Shown here: in pieces, positions 30,520-41,305 of the stretch
Layout of the letters: each line of letters begins with the position of its first letter
Numbering within the stretch: position 1 is the stretch's first letter
Origin: a virus
Length of the DNA stretch: 64,000 nucleotides
Virus record (IMG/VR): IMGVR_UViG_3300009514_000515
Span: 22,576 to 86,575 of that record
Direction: 5' to 3' (one strand)
Made by a program: the position numbers and the translations under genes
The notes under the pieces: generated by a model
Database searches by the model: none
What the model saw: the letters and a program-made list of their open reading frames with translations, nothing else
What the model was told of the DNA's origin: nothing

Positions 30520-31266
30520 TCACTCGTCCTCGGCGTCGTCCACCAGGTCGCCGAGCATGTTATCGAAGTCTTCCTCGTCCAGAGCGACCTCTCCGGGGCC
30601 GGAATCTCCCGTGAGCCCCTCAGACTCCATGCCGAGCTTCTCGCGGAGGCGGTCGAGGCTCATGTCCGAGCCGATGAGCCAGTGGAGCTGCTTCGCGCAG
30701 TCCTTGATCTCTTCGAGAGCCTCGGCGAAACGCTTCCTCCCCTTGCTGCCCATCAGTGTGCGAAGCATGTTCTTCTTCACAGGAGTAAGGGTGATCTTCT
30801 GGTACTGGGTGTCCGTACAGGTCACCTTCACGTCGCACTCGCCGAAGTGCCAGTCCAGGTGAAGATCCTTGAACTGGTTGAACTTCTTGTCTGAGAAGAC
30901 GTAGGGCTCGACTGACCACTTTCCTTCGCGGACTGCTGTCTGGTCGAGCTGACCATTGCGGTCGAGTGGCCAGACCACGATCACTGTCGCGAATCGTTGC
31001 TTCGGACTTTCCCCGGCCAGCTTTGTGTACTCTGGGCCCTTGTTGATGACGTGACCCACATCTTCTATGTAGTTGGTGGCGTTCATCTCGATGCTCGGGG
31101 AAGCCTCGTCGAACTTGAGGACCTCGCGGCCGTCTTCCTCGACGATGGGCCAGAGGGCAAAGCTGATGCGGTACTTCTTGCTCTCCTCGAACTTGAACTT
31201 CTTGCGCTTGCCTTTGCTGACCTTCTCGTCACCAACTCCGAACCCGATGGTTTCGAACGTGCTCAT
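30520..31266 (-). CDS. Putative single-stranded DNA-binding protein
   Basis: gp32-like size and composition, acidic tail (LDEEDFDNMLGDLVDDAEDE), located in the recombination cluster. Confidence 0.6.
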   Translation of the reverse strand: MSTFETIGFGVGDEKVSKGKRKKFKFEESKKYRISFALWPIVEEDGREVLKFDEASPSIEMNATNYIEDVGHVINKGPEYTKLAGESPKQRFATVIVVWPLDRNGQLDQTAVREGKWSVEPYVFSDKKFNQFKDLHLDWHFGECDVKVTCTDTQYQKITLTPVKKNMLRTLMGSKGRKRFAEALEEIKDCAKQLHWLIGSDMSLDRLREKLGMESEGLTGDSGPGEVALDEEDFDNMLGDLVDDAEDE

Positions 31267-31336
31267 GTCTTCTTTCCTTGGTCTTGGGGCTAGTCAGGGA
31301 CAGTAGGTTTGGTCTTGGACGCCCCGAAACTATCTT

Positions 31337-31363
31337 ATACGACACCAGGTCCGGAAATGGACC
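31337..31363 (-). promoter_or_regulatory. Putative phage promoter GGTCC-N14-TGTCGTAT
   Basis: One of four copies with identical spacing. Lies upstream of the SSB-like gene. Confidence 0.7.
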
Positions 31364-31366
31364 CAC

Positions 31367-32401
31367 TTAACTGAGAATACTTTCGTCCAGGGCGTCCCCA
31401 CCGCCGTCCGCGTCGAACAGGAGGTCGACATCGACATCGTCATCGTCGTCATCGATCTCCTTCGCCACGATGTCGGAGAAGTCGATATCGAGGAAGTCAT
31501 CGATCTCACCCTCGGAAGAGGTTCCAGCGAAAGCGACGTTCGGGTCCTGTTGGGACTCGGGCTGTGGCTTGGCAGACTCGATCTCCTGCGTGGCAGCGAC
31601 AGGTTCGGGCTGTGGCTTGGCGTCGGGCTGTGGCTTGGCGTCGGACTGTGGCTTGGCGGACTCGGGCTCCTGGGCAGCGACAGGTTCGGGCTCCGGTTGA
31701 GGGACCGAAGGTGTCGCCTGAAGATTCTCGCCGTCCTCGTCGTCCTGGACCCCAACCAACTCATCTCGGGGAGGAAGAGAGAGATCCACGCCGAGATCGT
31801 CCAACAGCTCGTCGACGCTGTCAACCGCCATTGCTGCGGCCACCAGGTCGGGTTTGGGGTTCGTGTCGATTTCCGAGGGGGGCTTCTGAGAACCCCACCG
31901 GGCATTCAGAGAGACCTCCGTCTGGCAGAGCTTGATTTGGTCCCGGATGCCCGTGATGGTGGCCCCGAGGTCGCGCTTCTTCGTCTTGATGGCCTCCAGG
32001 ACCATAATGACGTCCAGGACCGCAAGGTCCAGGGCGACCTTCTCGGCCAATTCATCCTGGAGCTTGTGATACGCCAAGGCCTCTCTCGCCTTCTGAGAGG
32101 AACCTGCCCTGACCAGGGGGTCTGTAGCCATGAGGCTCATCACTGCGACATCCAAGGAGGCTTCGGCAGCCCTCTGGGCGGCCTTCAGGTCATGAGCCAC
32201 ACGATGCACCCGGAGGAAGAACTCCTGAACCCGAGTCAGGTAGTTGCGGGCCTTCGCCATCTTCTCGTTGAGGCGCTTGGGTCCGTAGATCAGAGGATTT
32301 TCGTCGAGCTTGACCTCCATGACCAGCATCTCGTCGTAGATGAGCTGCATCGCCTCTGGCGTGATGCCCCTTATCGGCTTGGGCTGGTTCAACTCACTCA
32401 T
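31367..32401 (-). CDS. Hypothetical protein, coiled-coil N-terminus with AKPQP repeats and acidic tail
   Basis: ATG at 32401 overlaps the upstream gene end. 18-bp repeats at ~31560-31660. Confidence 0.7.
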   Translation of the reverse strand: MSELNQPKPIRGITPEAMQLIYDEMLVMEVKLDENPLIYGPKRLNEKMAKARNYLTRVQEFFLRVHRVAHDLKAAQRAAEASLDVAVMSLMATDPLVRAGSSQKAREALAYHKLQDELAEKVALDLAVLDVIMVLEAIKTKKRDLGATITGIRDQIKLCQTEVSLNARWGSQKPPSEIDTNPKPDLVAAAMAVDSVDELLDDLGVDLSLPPRDELVGVQDDEDGENLQATPSVPQPEPEPVAAQEPESAKPQSDAKPQPDAKPQPEPVAATQEIESAKPQPESQQDPNVAFAGTSSEGEIDDFLDIDFSDIVAKEIDDDDDDVDVDLLFDADGGGDALDESILS

Positions 32402-32717
32402 CCGTAGTGCCTCTGATGCTTGCGACATGGGCCATCGCCAACGCGCCGTAGTTGTTCCGGGCAGACCGGACCTGGTCATGATAGTGCTGGTCGCTGATAA
32501 GGCCGCTCGCCCTGGCGTGAGTCAGGACACCGATCTCGACCTCGACCTGGGCAAGAACAGCCGCCAGTCGAGCCTCGTCCAAGGTCATTCCACCTTCCAG
32601 GGAAACCTCATACTCCAGCTCGACGGAACCTGACTGGTCCATCCTCTTGACCTTCAGAGACGTGACCTTCGCTGACGCCCGAATCCGATCTCGTATTTCT
32701 CTATCTGACTCTGACAT
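32394..32717 (-). CDS. Hypothetical protein
   Basis: Packed between recD2 and 31367..32401. Confidence 0.65.
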   Translation of the reverse strand: MSESDREIRDRIRASAKVTSLKVKRMDQSGSVELEYEVSLEGGMTLDEARLAAVLAQVEVEIGVLTHARASGLISDQHYHDQVRSARNNYGALAMAHVASIRGTTDE

Positions 32718-32722
32718 GTGCC

Positions 32723-35137
32723 TCACGCTGGGGTAGGGACCGCAATCTCGCAGGCCGCCACATCGTCCTCAGAGAACGCCGCCACCAGTCTGTCCACGAA
32801 CAGGGTGTTGCGAGTGTCCTCCTTGTTGTTCTCCACCGCCTTGGCGAGAGCCTTTCGGCTACCCACCAAGATGACCCGCTGACGTGCTCGCGTGATGGCC
32901 GTGTACAGGAGGTTACGTTGGAGCTGGCGCCCAAACCCCATAACCAGAGGCATCACAACCGTGTCGACCTCCAAACCCTGATACTTGTGGACCGTACAGG
33001 CGTAAGCAAGCCTCAGATGAGACGAGGCCTGTACCAAATTGAACGAAATATGGCGAGGAGGAGAATCCAGGACCTCGACGATGACCAGCTTGTGCTTGCG
33101 ACTGATTCTTCGAATCTTACCCACATCCCCGTTGTACACACCAAGGTCGTAGTTGTTCTTGACCACCATCACGCGATCACCCTCTCGGGCACTCTCGACG
33201 CCGACCTTCAGCTCCTGGACACCCTTGGAACGGGGGTTGAGGCGGGCCCTGATGTGGTTGTTGAGGTTGGTCACCCCAACCGTGCCGCCATGGCGAGGAG
33301 AGAGCACCTGGAACGTCGGGCCAATGCCCTCACCCTTGTAGGCCTTCGCCTGCTTGTAGAGGCGCTCACAGACTTTCAGGATGGCGTTGAGCACCTTCTT
33401 GTCAGTCGACACGGGAGCCAAGGCGAAGTCGGTCCCGATGCTCGTAGCCGGGACCTCCCCTCGATAGATGGCATGAGCCGCATGGACAATGGCGCTGGTG
33501 TCCTCTTGGCGGAAAATCTTGGTTAAATTGACCGTCGGGAACGCCTCTGACTTGATAAGATCACGAAGGACGTTGCCTGGTCCTACTGAGGGAAGTTGGG
33601 CGGCATCTCCAATCATAACCAACCGGGTCGACAGCTTAGTGCCTGTCAGGATGCGCCACATCAGATGCTGGTCGACCATGCTGAACTCATCGACGATGAC
33701 AACGTCAGCGGGGTGGGGGTTGTCTGGGCCAAACTCCCAGATCTCTCCTCGGCCGCCGTGGCCCACCTTCTTCGTGGCCGAACCAACGATGCCCTTGTAG
33801 GTCGACTTGCGGCCGTCGTCCTCCTTGCTCCCCCGGGCCCCGAAAGCCCGGTGAATGGTCGATGCCGGATGCTTCGAGACTGTTGCGAGACGCTTGGCCG
33901 CGATGCCTGTGGGGGCAACCATGAGAAAGGGCACTTGAATCGACTGGAGCAGCCGCACCAGGACCTTCATAGAGGTCGACTTCCCCGTCCCAGGCAGACC
34001 CGTCAAGATGCTGACAGGCTCCATCAGTGCATTGTAGAGTCCCTGGGCCTGCTTATCAGAGAGCTGGAACCCGGAGGAGTCTGCACACTCGTTGAGGGCC
34101 GTGTACACGATGTCATCATCTGACGCGTCTGAGTCCTCCACCACCGCTCTCGTCACCGGACCCACTCGGGCCAGGAGATCGACATCGTCCCCGTCGACGA
34201 CCGCTTCCGCAATTCTCTGTCGGAGGAACAGGGAGGATTCCTCCTCTGTCCTGTGCATCCAGGGGTCGTAGATGGCCGTCATTCCCGTCCGAGTCTTGCG
34301 GTCCAGGACGATGTTCCCCCGTTGGTGTCCGTCCTTGATAGCCACTGCGATGGACTTGGGTCTCGTCCCTGGAAGGAGCTTGCCGACTTCAGTGAGAATC
34401 TGACCAGCTACGAGAAACATGTCCCCTTGTTGGCGGCCTCGACGTGTCGCGTGGACAACCGCAGCCACCCTCCGGTCGGAGTTATCCAGGTCGATGCCCA
34501 TCTGTTTGGCGACGTTGTCGAGGTCGGCCCAAGGAATACCGTCGATATCGACCAGAGCCCAAGGGTTCTTGGTCAGAAGCTCCTCCGTCTCGTCCCCGAA
34601 TGTCGCCCAAATCTCCCCCACCTTGTGGCGCGGGAGGTTCATGTTGTTAAGTGTCTCCAGGACCTTGAGGCGATTGATGACGGCCTTCCACCGGGTCACC
34701 AGAAACTCAGCTTCCAGAACACCGACACCCAGGCCCTTCTTGATCTCATCCGTATCCTGGAGTGCCTTGAACAGACCCTCTCCAAACACCTTTGTCAGAC
34801 GCCGAACGACCCGGTCGGGTAGTTGACCATCGGAGGTGAGCATCTCCGAGATCACCTCGGGGGCGATATGGTCTCGAATGACCGGCGCCTTGGTGACTGA
34901 AATCTGCAAACCGTACTTGGGGTCGTTGATCCACTTGCCCTGGAACCCGAACCAAACCCCAGGCTTAATCTCGACCCCTGGGACATACCCCTTGACCACA
35001 ACCTCCTTCCAGAGGAGAGCCTTCTCCTCATCCAGGTCGTCTGGAGGAGTCCCGTCGAGAGTCATCTTGACGATATTGAAACACTGGTCCTCGTTCTTGA
35101 AAAAGACCGCCAACACTCTGCCTGAAAAATAAGCCAT
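32723..35137 (-). CDS. recD2: RecD2-like ATP-dependent helicase
   Basis: GKWINDPKYGLQ, NPWAL, TGLPGTGKST, APTGIAAKRL, VDEFSM, GDAAQLPSVGPG, HKYQGLE and YTAITRA. Start at 35137. Confidence 0.92.
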   Translation of the reverse strand: MAYFSGRVLAVFFKNEDQCFNIVKMTLDGTPPDDLDEEKALLWKEVVVKGYVPGVEIKPGVWFGFQGKWINDPKYGLQISVTKAPVIRDHIAPEVISEMLTSDGQLPDRVVRRLTKVFGEGLFKALQDTDEIKKGLGVGVLEAEFLVTRWKAVINRLKVLETLNNMNLPRHKVGEIWATFGDETEELLTKNPWALVDIDGIPWADLDNVAKQMGIDLDNSDRRVAAVVHATRRGRQQGDMFLVAGQILTEVGKLLPGTRPKSIAVAIKDGHQRGNIVLDRKTRTGMTAIYDPWMHRTEEESSLFLRQRIAEAVVDGDDVDLLARVGPVTRAVVEDSDASDDDIVYTALNECADSSGFQLSDKQAQGLYNALMEPVSILTGLPGTGKSTSMKVLVRLLQSIQVPFLMVAPTGIAAKRLATVSKHPASTIHRAFGARGSKEDDGRKSTYKGIVGSATKKVGHGGRGEIWEFGPDNPHPADVVIVDEFSMVDQHLMWRILTGTKLSTRLVMIGDAAQLPSVGPGNVLRDLIKSEAFPTVNLTKIFRQEDTSAIVHAAHAIYRGEVPATSIGTDFALAPVSTDKKVLNAILKVCERLYKQAKAYKGEGIGPTFQVLSPRHGGTVGVTNLNNHIRARLNPRSKGVQELKVGVESAREGDRVMVVKNNYDLGVYNGDVGKIRRISRKHKLVIVEVLDSPPRHISFNLVQASSHLRLAYACTVHKYQGLEVDTVVMPLVMGFGRQLQRNLLYTAITRARQRVILVGSRKALAKAVENNKEDTRNTLFVDRLVAAFSEDDVAACEIAVPTPA

Positions 35138-35583
35138 CAGCTCTTGCCCCGGAGCTTCACTAGAAGATCGCGTAGAGCAGTCGCTCTTTGCTGCAACGCT
35201 TCCACCTTCCCCGTCCCACCCCGATCTCGGTCCCGGAGATGGGCCACCACTACCTGTGAGTGGTGACCCTCCAGGAAAAGTAGGGGTACTTCGACGTCTT
35301 GGATGAACCAACGCCGACCATCCCTGCTCAGAACTCCTATCTGAGTGAACAACAGAAGCTCCGCTGGCTCCTTATGGTGTCCCGCCGGACACTCTGAAGG
35401 CTCCCAAAGACATGACCCCTGACCCCAACGCTTCGTCTGAGGAGGGGCTGGAGGCTGATGACATACGTGGACCGCCACCCGACGGCCTTCATAGCCTGCC
35501 ATGAGTTCGGTCACGTTGACGTCAGTTCCGTCTTCCTGAATGAGGATGTTGCCCTCTTCGAGGAAGGCAACACCGCTCGCCAT
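35137..35583 (-). CDS. Hypothetical protein
   Basis: Coupled to recD2, downstream of a promoter motif. Confidence 0.6.
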   Translation of the reverse strand: MASGVAFLEEGNILIQEDGTDVNVTELMAGYEGRRVAVHVCHQPPAPPQTKRWGQGSCLWEPSECPAGHHKEPAELLLFTQIGVLSRDGRRWFIQDVEVPLLFLEGHHSQVVVAHLRDRDRGGTGKVEALQQRATALRDLLVKLRGKS

Positions 35584-35623
35584 CGACACTCTCGGCTCCA
35601 AGGGACACCTCCTCAACCCGTAT

Positions 35624-35650
35624 ATACGACATTGGAGAGGAAAGTGGACC
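35624..35650 (-). promoter_or_regulatory. Putative phage promoter GGTCC-N14-TGTCGTAT
   Basis: Same motif and spacing as 31337. Both are also preceded by TTAAG.G. Confidence 0.7.
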
Positions 35651-35838
35651 CCCTTAACCTAGAAGTGAAGAACCTTGAGGCCGTCGTAAAAAGCCTGGTG
35701 TGACGTACGAGCACTCGAATTCTGCCTCCGAGATCATTCGGTATCGCATCTCGCTCCTTCCTGCCACCTCTGCTCCTTCTCTGCCATGTTGAAAGAGCTG
35801 TCACGTCACAGGACCACGACGACTCAGTCGACCGGCCT

Positions 35839-37908
35839 TCACACTGCCAGAGCCGCTGTCGATCCGTTTCGTAGTTGCTCGAGACCGTGGAACACCGCCC
35901 GCTTCACGTTCAGTGAGAGTATCTTGAAGTGCGCCGAGAGATTCACCCTCTCCCTCCCTCGAACTCTCAGATTTCCACCGCCGTGCCGCCCCTTGAACTC
36001 ATGATTTGTGGCCTCGATCGAACTCCGCGCTCGGTACTCGTCTTTGAACGCCCCCGTCTGTTGCTCCACCTGTCGCACTGCAGTAGCGAGTTGATGCGGT
36101 CCGCGTCGGAGCGTCCGCCGTCCATCGCTGAGCTTTCGCGTCGGGCAGAGCCCTGCAAGTCCGCACTCAGCGCATGCCTCGGCCCCGAATGTGGCGGTCA
36201 GGCCCCGGCGATGTTGGGTCTGCTCCACTGGGCGGTGTCCTGTTGGGCAACTCTCTACCAGCTCGAATGTCGAGCTGAAGGCGAACTCTGCAAGTTCGAG
36301 GTCCTCATCAGTCCCATCACTATATTCTCTGCTTTCCGGTCGCATCGTGGTTTCGTCGAACGGGTCGCGGCGACTCTCACCCTTGTGCGGATCACGAACT
36401 GGCGCGACCAATCGCACTCCCCTCTTCGCGCTGTTCACGATATTGGCACCGCTTCCATACCCAGTGTCTGCGAGGATTTCAGTCGGCGACATCTGGTCCC
36501 GTTCCAGCTGGTTGAGCATCGGAATCAGCGCTTTCTGGTCCGACTCGTGCGCGCCGTTGAGCGCTACTCCCGTCACCAATTGATAGGGGTTGCCACCAGC
36601 ACAGGTCTCGCTGAGCTGAAGCTCATAGCCTTTGCCCTTGTGGCCATATGTCGCATCCAAATCGTGGGGGCTCTGCAGCGAAGTGCTTTGCACCGTCTCT
36701 GGGTCCCGAAGTTGGACTCGACGAGTTCGTCCACTCCGACGGCCGAGCTTGCGTCGATTCTTTGCCTTGCGCTTGGGCTTGCGGGACAGCGGGCTTGCCT
36801 CACTCCCGCCCAATCCGGCTGCGTCGGCCTCATCGGCCTCGTCGGCCTCGTCGGCTTCGTCGGCTTCGTCGGCCTCGTCGGCTTCGTCGGCTTCGTCGGC
36901 CTCGTCGGCTTCGTCGGCTTCGTCGGCCTCGTCGGCTTCGTCGGCCTCGTCGGCTTCGTCGGCCTCGTCGGCCTCGTCGGCCTTGTCGGCTTCGTCGGCC
37001 TTGTCGGCTTCGTCGGCCTCTTCGGCCTCGTCGGCCTCGTCGGTGAACTCACTCACCTTGGCCTCCGGCTCGGACCGGGAGCGGACTTTTACGGGGTCAA
37101 CCGTGCCCGCAGAGCCGGCGCAACCACCTTCATCGTACGGCTCATCGATGAGTTCGCACTGCTCCTCGAAGAGCCGAACCAGGAGCGAATAGGCTCCAAG
37201 CGTCGACACGAGCTCGTCGCCTCGGAACATCTCGATCAGCTCATAGAGGTCCTGCGCAACGATCCCGAGACGCCGCTTGGCTTGGCTGCGTTTGGCGTCA
37301 CAGAAGTAGCCCTCGCGGTCGAGATACCGCTTGAGAGTGATCGGCTCCAGGACCGAGAGTCGCCCAGGCGTCTCCTTGCGGACTTCGCGCAGGAATTTCG
37401 AGATGGTCTCGACGAAGAGCGTCAGTCGCGAGAGCACCGCGATGTTGGACATGATGTGAGTCGAGTCGAGCCGCTGGAGTGCCCAGGAGACGCCATCGGC
37501 CTCAGCGAGGGCGCGTGTCAGCTGGGCAAACATAGTCTCCACACGGTCGTTTTTGGCGGCACGGACGCGGAAGTTGTGCAGGCTCTTCTGGCAGCTGTGG
37601 GCGGACTCAGGCTCGACAGCCAGCGCGTAGTGCCACTGGAGATTGTACTCCAGCTGCTCCAGGACTTGCTCGTCGGTCAGGTCATTGAGCTCCTTGAGCA
37701 AGTGCAAACTCACCAGAAGACGGATAGACATATTGGGGCGGCCCGTCCCGTCACTGAACGCACTCCGGAAGACCAGCTCGTCGATGAGCGGAAGCACAGT
37801 GTGGCGGAAGACATGGGCCCAGGATTCCTTCAGGCGCTTGGTCTTCTTCGGCGAGAGAAGATACTGCGCTTCGAGAAGAGAGAGTTGGGGGTCGGTCTCA
37901 CGAAACAT
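35839..37908 (-). CDS. DDE transposase with a (DEA)n low-complexity insert
   Basis: GRPN...LTDEQ...[28 protein letters not shown] and [10 protein letters not shown] motifs. Confidence 0.9.
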   Translation of the reverse strand: MFRETDPQLSLLEAQYLLSPKKTKRLKESWAHVFRHTVLPLIDELVFRSAFSDGTGRPNMSIRLLVSLHLLKELNDLTDEQVLEQLEYNLQWHYALAVEPESAHSCQKSLHNFRVRAAKNDRVETMFAQLTRALAEADGVSWALQRLDSTHIMSNIAVLSRLTLFVETISKFLREVRKETPGRLSVLEPITLKRYLDREGYFCDAKRSQAKRRLGIVAQDLYELIEMFRGDELVSTLGAYSLLVRLFEEQCELIDEPYDEGGCAGSAGTVDPVKVRSRSEPEAKVSEFTDEADEAEEADEADKADEADKADEADEADEADEADEADEADEADEADEADEADEADEADEADEADEADEADEADAAGLGGSEASPLSRKPKRKAKNRRKLGRRSGRTRRVQLRDPETVQSTSLQSPHDLDATYGHKGKGYELQLSETCAGGNPYQLVTGVALNGAHESDQKALIPMLNQLERDQMSPTEILADTGYGSGANIVNSAKRGVRLVAPVRDPHKGESRRDPFDETTMRPESREYSDGTDEDLELAEFAFSSTFELVESCPTGHRPVEQTQHRRGLTATFGAEACAECGLAGLCPTRKLSDGRRTLRRGPHQLATAVRQVEQQTGAFKDEYRARSSIEATNHEFKGRHGGGNLRVRGRERVNLSAHFKILSLNVKRAVFHGLEQLRNGSTAALAV
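36820..37043. repeat. 9-bp tandem repeat (~24-25 units of gtcggcYtc) encoding DEA
   Basis: Directly visible, in frame within the transposase. Confidence 0.95.
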
Positions 37909-38005
37909 CGTTCACTCCAGCATCGGTCGGTCTCCTTCGAGGATCTCACAGTGAGCTCGTCGGGTCGATCCCTGATCAACCGGCTGGCGACTTTTTACGA
38001 GGGTC

Positions 38006-40192
38006 TCAACCTTGAGATGCCATCTCCCCCCCATAATCGCCAAACCGATCTGGTTCCGTAGGACAAATCCCGCTTTCGCAAGCAAGGTGATCAGGGTCAT
38101 ATGCCTCACGGTCGAACCGACGAATCGCAACCATGTAGGAGTCATAGACCTCTTTCGAAATCCTCTCCTCAGGCAAATACACGTAGGCCGAGGCATCTTC
38201 CTGAGGCATCACCGAACAAGCTCGTACCGTAGGCTGGTTGCGCAGAATTGACCCCATGTAGTCCTCGTAGGACACCTCCCTAGGGTCGTACTTCAGCGTA
38301 TAGGAGACGTTGTTCCCCTTGGGGCCAATCCAGTATTTCTCCAGAAGTCTGAGCCACTCGAAGTGCTGGTCAGGAGAGGGTTCGCCCGCGCAGACCACTT
38401 CGCTACCCATGAGATCAGCTATGGGCATGGAGGTGGGGAATCCCACGACGACCCGGCCCGAGTACTGACTGCTGATGTCTTTGACCGGATAACCCCGGAG
38501 TCGATGGTCTTGGACCTCTGGCGAGTCCGCGGAAAACTGAACCCACCGCATGTAGTGGGCGTAGGCCGGGAGGTGGGCACCTTCAGTGCAACTACACACC
38601 TTACTCACAGTCCCGCTCGGTTTGATGGTGGTCACTGTGTGTGGGACCGAGAGCCCTCGGGCCTTGCTGTATTGGCTGGCTTCGTCCTCAGCAAGAGTGC
38701 GCAACTCAGCGAGGAAGCCCCAGAAGGGCTGGGATTTGCTCTCATCAATGAGATCCCAGAAGGTGTAGCCGAAGTGTTTCCAGGCGAACTCATGGATGCC
38801 TGTGAGACCCACGCCGATACGGTTGGTGCGCTTCACCTCCGCGTCGTAGAAGAAGGTCATCGTGTTGGTGCGGATCAGGAACTGGGCCATCAGTCTGGCA
38901 GCGTCCCGAGCTTCGTCAAGATGCTGGACAAGGGCCAGGCAGATGTCACCGATTACACAGTAACCCCCCCACACGGCCAGGACGATCTCACCGCATGGAT
39001 TAACGAGGAATGGAAACATCTTGCGCTTGGCGTACTCCAGCACAGAGCCCATCATCTCATGGGTTCGTAGATGGAGGTTGAGAGGCTTGAGGGAATTTTC
39101 CTTCACCATCGTCTCTGGGGTGATGTTATCTACTCCCTCGTTGTTCCAAGCCATGCGAGAGACCACCAGAGCACCAGGCTCCCCCGTCTCATCGAAATAC
39201 CCGGCGGAACACATGGCCTCGAACACGCGTCGGGCATGACTCGGCGCAGGAGACCTTGCCCTCTCCCAGAACTCCTCGTCTGTGGAGACAGAGTTGTTGG
39301 CCGTGTAGAGCCACCCACCCCTCTTGAGATCGATGAAATCGATGATGTCGCGGTCGCGCCAGGTCTTGACAGCGATCCTTGCAGATCGACGGATGCCCCC
39401 GAGGGCCACACAGTCACTGAGGTAGTGGTCGATGAACATCGCCTGTTTCCAGGGGCGCATGCCGGCCCCTTTGATAGAGGCGACCTTCATGAGTGCCTCA
39501 ATGAGAGGCACCGGACCTGACGCGGGCCGTCCCTGCTGACCGAGTATCGGGGAGTCCCTCCTCCGTACAGGAGTGAAGTCGAAGATGAATAGCTTGTTCG
39601 CATGTTTGGCCTGCCAGGCAGCTGTCTCCAGGATCTCCACGACCTTGGCCCAGCCCTCAGCAGAATCTCCTACAGCAAACCAGCGAACATCCTCTGACTC
39701 GGAGTCATATTTGTGCTGCGCCGCCTGGAGGGTCTCGATCCAGGGCTCGTAGTCGGGGTGCCCACCGGTGTTCGTCTTAGGGTCAGGACCTTCCAAGACG
39801 AACCGCACATTAGGCATGTTGTCCCAGTTCACTCGACATAGGTCGCCGTCGTAGCATCGACCGACACCACTCCCCTTCAGGAGGAGCCAGAACTTGGTGA
39901 AGCTGAACATGGCCGTGGTACAATTGCAGTAGATCTCTCCGATCTTCTTCGACTGATTCCGGTCCCCGTGCTGAAGATGTCTGCCACTAAAGGGCATGAC
40001 ACCAGCCCGAGCCAGCCCCAGTGTACGACTGTAGTCCACCGTCGATGCTGTTTCGTCCAGGGAGAAATTACCCTCGACCACCTCGGCAACCCGCTCCCCC
40101 CAGCTCTGAAAAGAACCGTCCGCTTTTCGGCGGCTGTACTTATTCTCGAAAATGGACCGGGGCATACCTTCGGCGACCGAAAATGTCCGCAT
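38006..40192 (-). CDS. nrdJ: Ribonucleotide reductase, class II (B12-dependent) type
   Basis: [37 protein letters not shown] and C-terminal CESGIC. No beta subunit nearby. Likely start at 40192. Confidence 0.85.
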   Translation of the reverse strand: MRTFSVAEGMPRSIFENKYSRRKADGSFQSWGERVAEVVEGNFSLDETASTVDYSRTLGLARAGVMPFSGRHLQHGDRNQSKKIGEIYCNCTTAMFSFTKFWLLLKGSGVGRCYDGDLCRVNWDNMPNVRFVLEGPDPKTNTGGHPDYEPWIETLQAAQHKYDSESEDVRWFAVGDSAEGWAKVVEILETAAWQAKHANKLFIFDFTPVRRRDSPILGQQGRPASGPVPLIEALMKVASIKGAGMRPWKQAMFIDHYLSDCVALGGIRRSARIAVKTWRDRDIIDFIDLKRGGWLYTANNSVSTDEEFWERARSPAPSHARRVFEAMCSAGYFDETGEPGALVVSRMAWNNEGVDNITPETMVKENSLKPLNLHLRTHEMMGSVLEYAKRKMFPFLVNPCGEIVLAVWGGYCVIGDICLALVQHLDEARDAARLMAQFLIRTNTMTFFYDAEVKRTNRIGVGLTGIHEFAWKHFGYTFWDLIDESKSQPFWGFLAELRTLAEDEASQYSKARGLSVPHTVTTIKPSGTVSKVCSCTEGAHLPAYAHYMRWVQFSADSPEVQDHRLRGYPVKDISSQYSGRVVVGFPTSMPIADLMGSEVVCAGEPSPDQHFEWLRLLEKYWIGPKGNNVSYTLKYDPREVSYEDYMGSILRNQPTVRACSVMPQEDASAYVYLPEERISKEVYDSYMVAIRRFDREAYDPDHLACESGICPTEPDRFGDYGGEMASQG

Positions 40193-40321
40193 GGATTCCT
40201 CTGAAACAGAGCCGGATTGAAGCAAAAATAAACCCCCACTACCGGCACTCGCAGGGGAATCCACCCTTAGTTTTTGAACCACTAAGGACGAGGTATCGAA
40301 CGCCTATCATCCCCGCTACCA

Positions 40322-41305
40322 CTAGCGCGTACCGATCTCACGACAGGCCCTCAGGAGACCTGCACAGAATCTGAGCCAGGGAGACACGCTGCCCTTGAGG
40401 ACACCCCTCTCGGCCCGTCTCAGGGTTCCCATAAGCTCGAAAAGACGACGACGGCTCCACCGCTTCGCGACGGGCAGCAACTTGTTCTTGTGATACCAGG
40501 AGTTGAGGTTGAGATCGGAGGCTGCTTCCCCTGGTGACACCCCCTTCTCGTGTAGATCAGCAACGGCCAACCACTTGGTCAGCGAGGGATACATGAACCC
40601 GACGACTTTCATCGTCGGGTCTCCTGGGTGAGTACGCCCGACCCAGGAGAGCTGACGAGACACCCGGCGCACGTTCGCCGTACCGACGGCGTCAATAAGG
40701 GGCTGCACCCCTGAGGCCTCGACCTGGGAGACAACACCCCAGACGTGCTTCGTCGTGGCTTCCTCCTCTCCTCGGGCTTCCAGGAGGGTGCAGAGCTTGA
40801 ATACCTCCCAGTGCAGAATCCCGAGGTTGGGACCGACGACGCTCACCAGTATCTCGGCCGCCTCCACAGGAAGACTCTTGCCCCTCTCCTTGGTCTCCTC
40901 GACACACATGCGGACGGCATCGTCAGGCTGCTTGAAGAACGGTGGCAAAGCGAACCGCTGATGGAGACTCTTCGGAAGGACTGTCACCAACTTCGCGAAA
41001 GTCCCTGACTTCTTCGGGGCACCCTCATTGACCACAGCCAGGGTGACCCCCGGCTGTGGGTCGTGATAGTGGTCGAGGATAGTGTCCACGTCGGCCTTGT
41101 CCGGTTGACTGACCAGGACCAGCTCCTTGCTCTCGAACAGCACCGACCCGGAGATGGCGTTCACGAGGTCGAGGTGGTCGCCCCCCTCGACCCAGGTCAC
41201 CTGGTAGCCCTCTGACAGAAGGCCTCTCTCCAGAGAGAGGACGGCCTGGCGCCGGCGATACTCGTCCGTCCCCGAGAACAGAACCACAGGAAACTCACGA
41301 GCCAC
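40322..41305 (-). CDS. holA: DNA polymerase III delta-like subunit
   Basis: VVLFSGTDEYRR, SVLFESKELVLV, VGPNLGILHWEVFKL and AERGVLKG follow the HolA architecture. Confidence 0.75.
   Translation of the reverse strand: MAREFPVVLFSGTDEYRRRQAVLSLERGLLSEGYQVTWVEGGDHLDLVNAISGSVLFESKELVLVSQPDKADVDTILDHYHDPQPGVTLAVVNEGAPKKSGTFAKLVTVLPKSLHQRFALPPFFKQPDDAVRMCVEETKERGKSLPVEAAEILVSVVGPNLGILHWEVFKLCTLLEARGEEEATTKHVWGVVSQVEASGVQPLIDAVGTANVRRVSRQLSWVGRTHPGDPTMKVVGFMYPSLTKWLAVADLHEKGVSPGEAASDLNLNSWYHKNKLLPVAKRWSRRRLFELMGTLRRAERGVLKGSVSPWLRFCAGLLRACREIGTR

Larger units (their letters stand above)
35677..38007 (-). mobile_element. IS5/IS1182-like insertion sequence (2331 bp)
   Basis: Terminal inverted repeats GAGGCCGTCGTAAAAAG / GAGACCCTCGTAAAAAG (15/17 match). 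6-bp target duplication AACCTT at 35671-35676 and 38008-38013. Confidence 0.9.

Noticed and set aside
35929-38061. 710 aa + strand ORF with (GLV/GFV)n repeats
   Set aside because: Antisense shadow of the transposase. The repeat is the reverse complement of the DEA tract.
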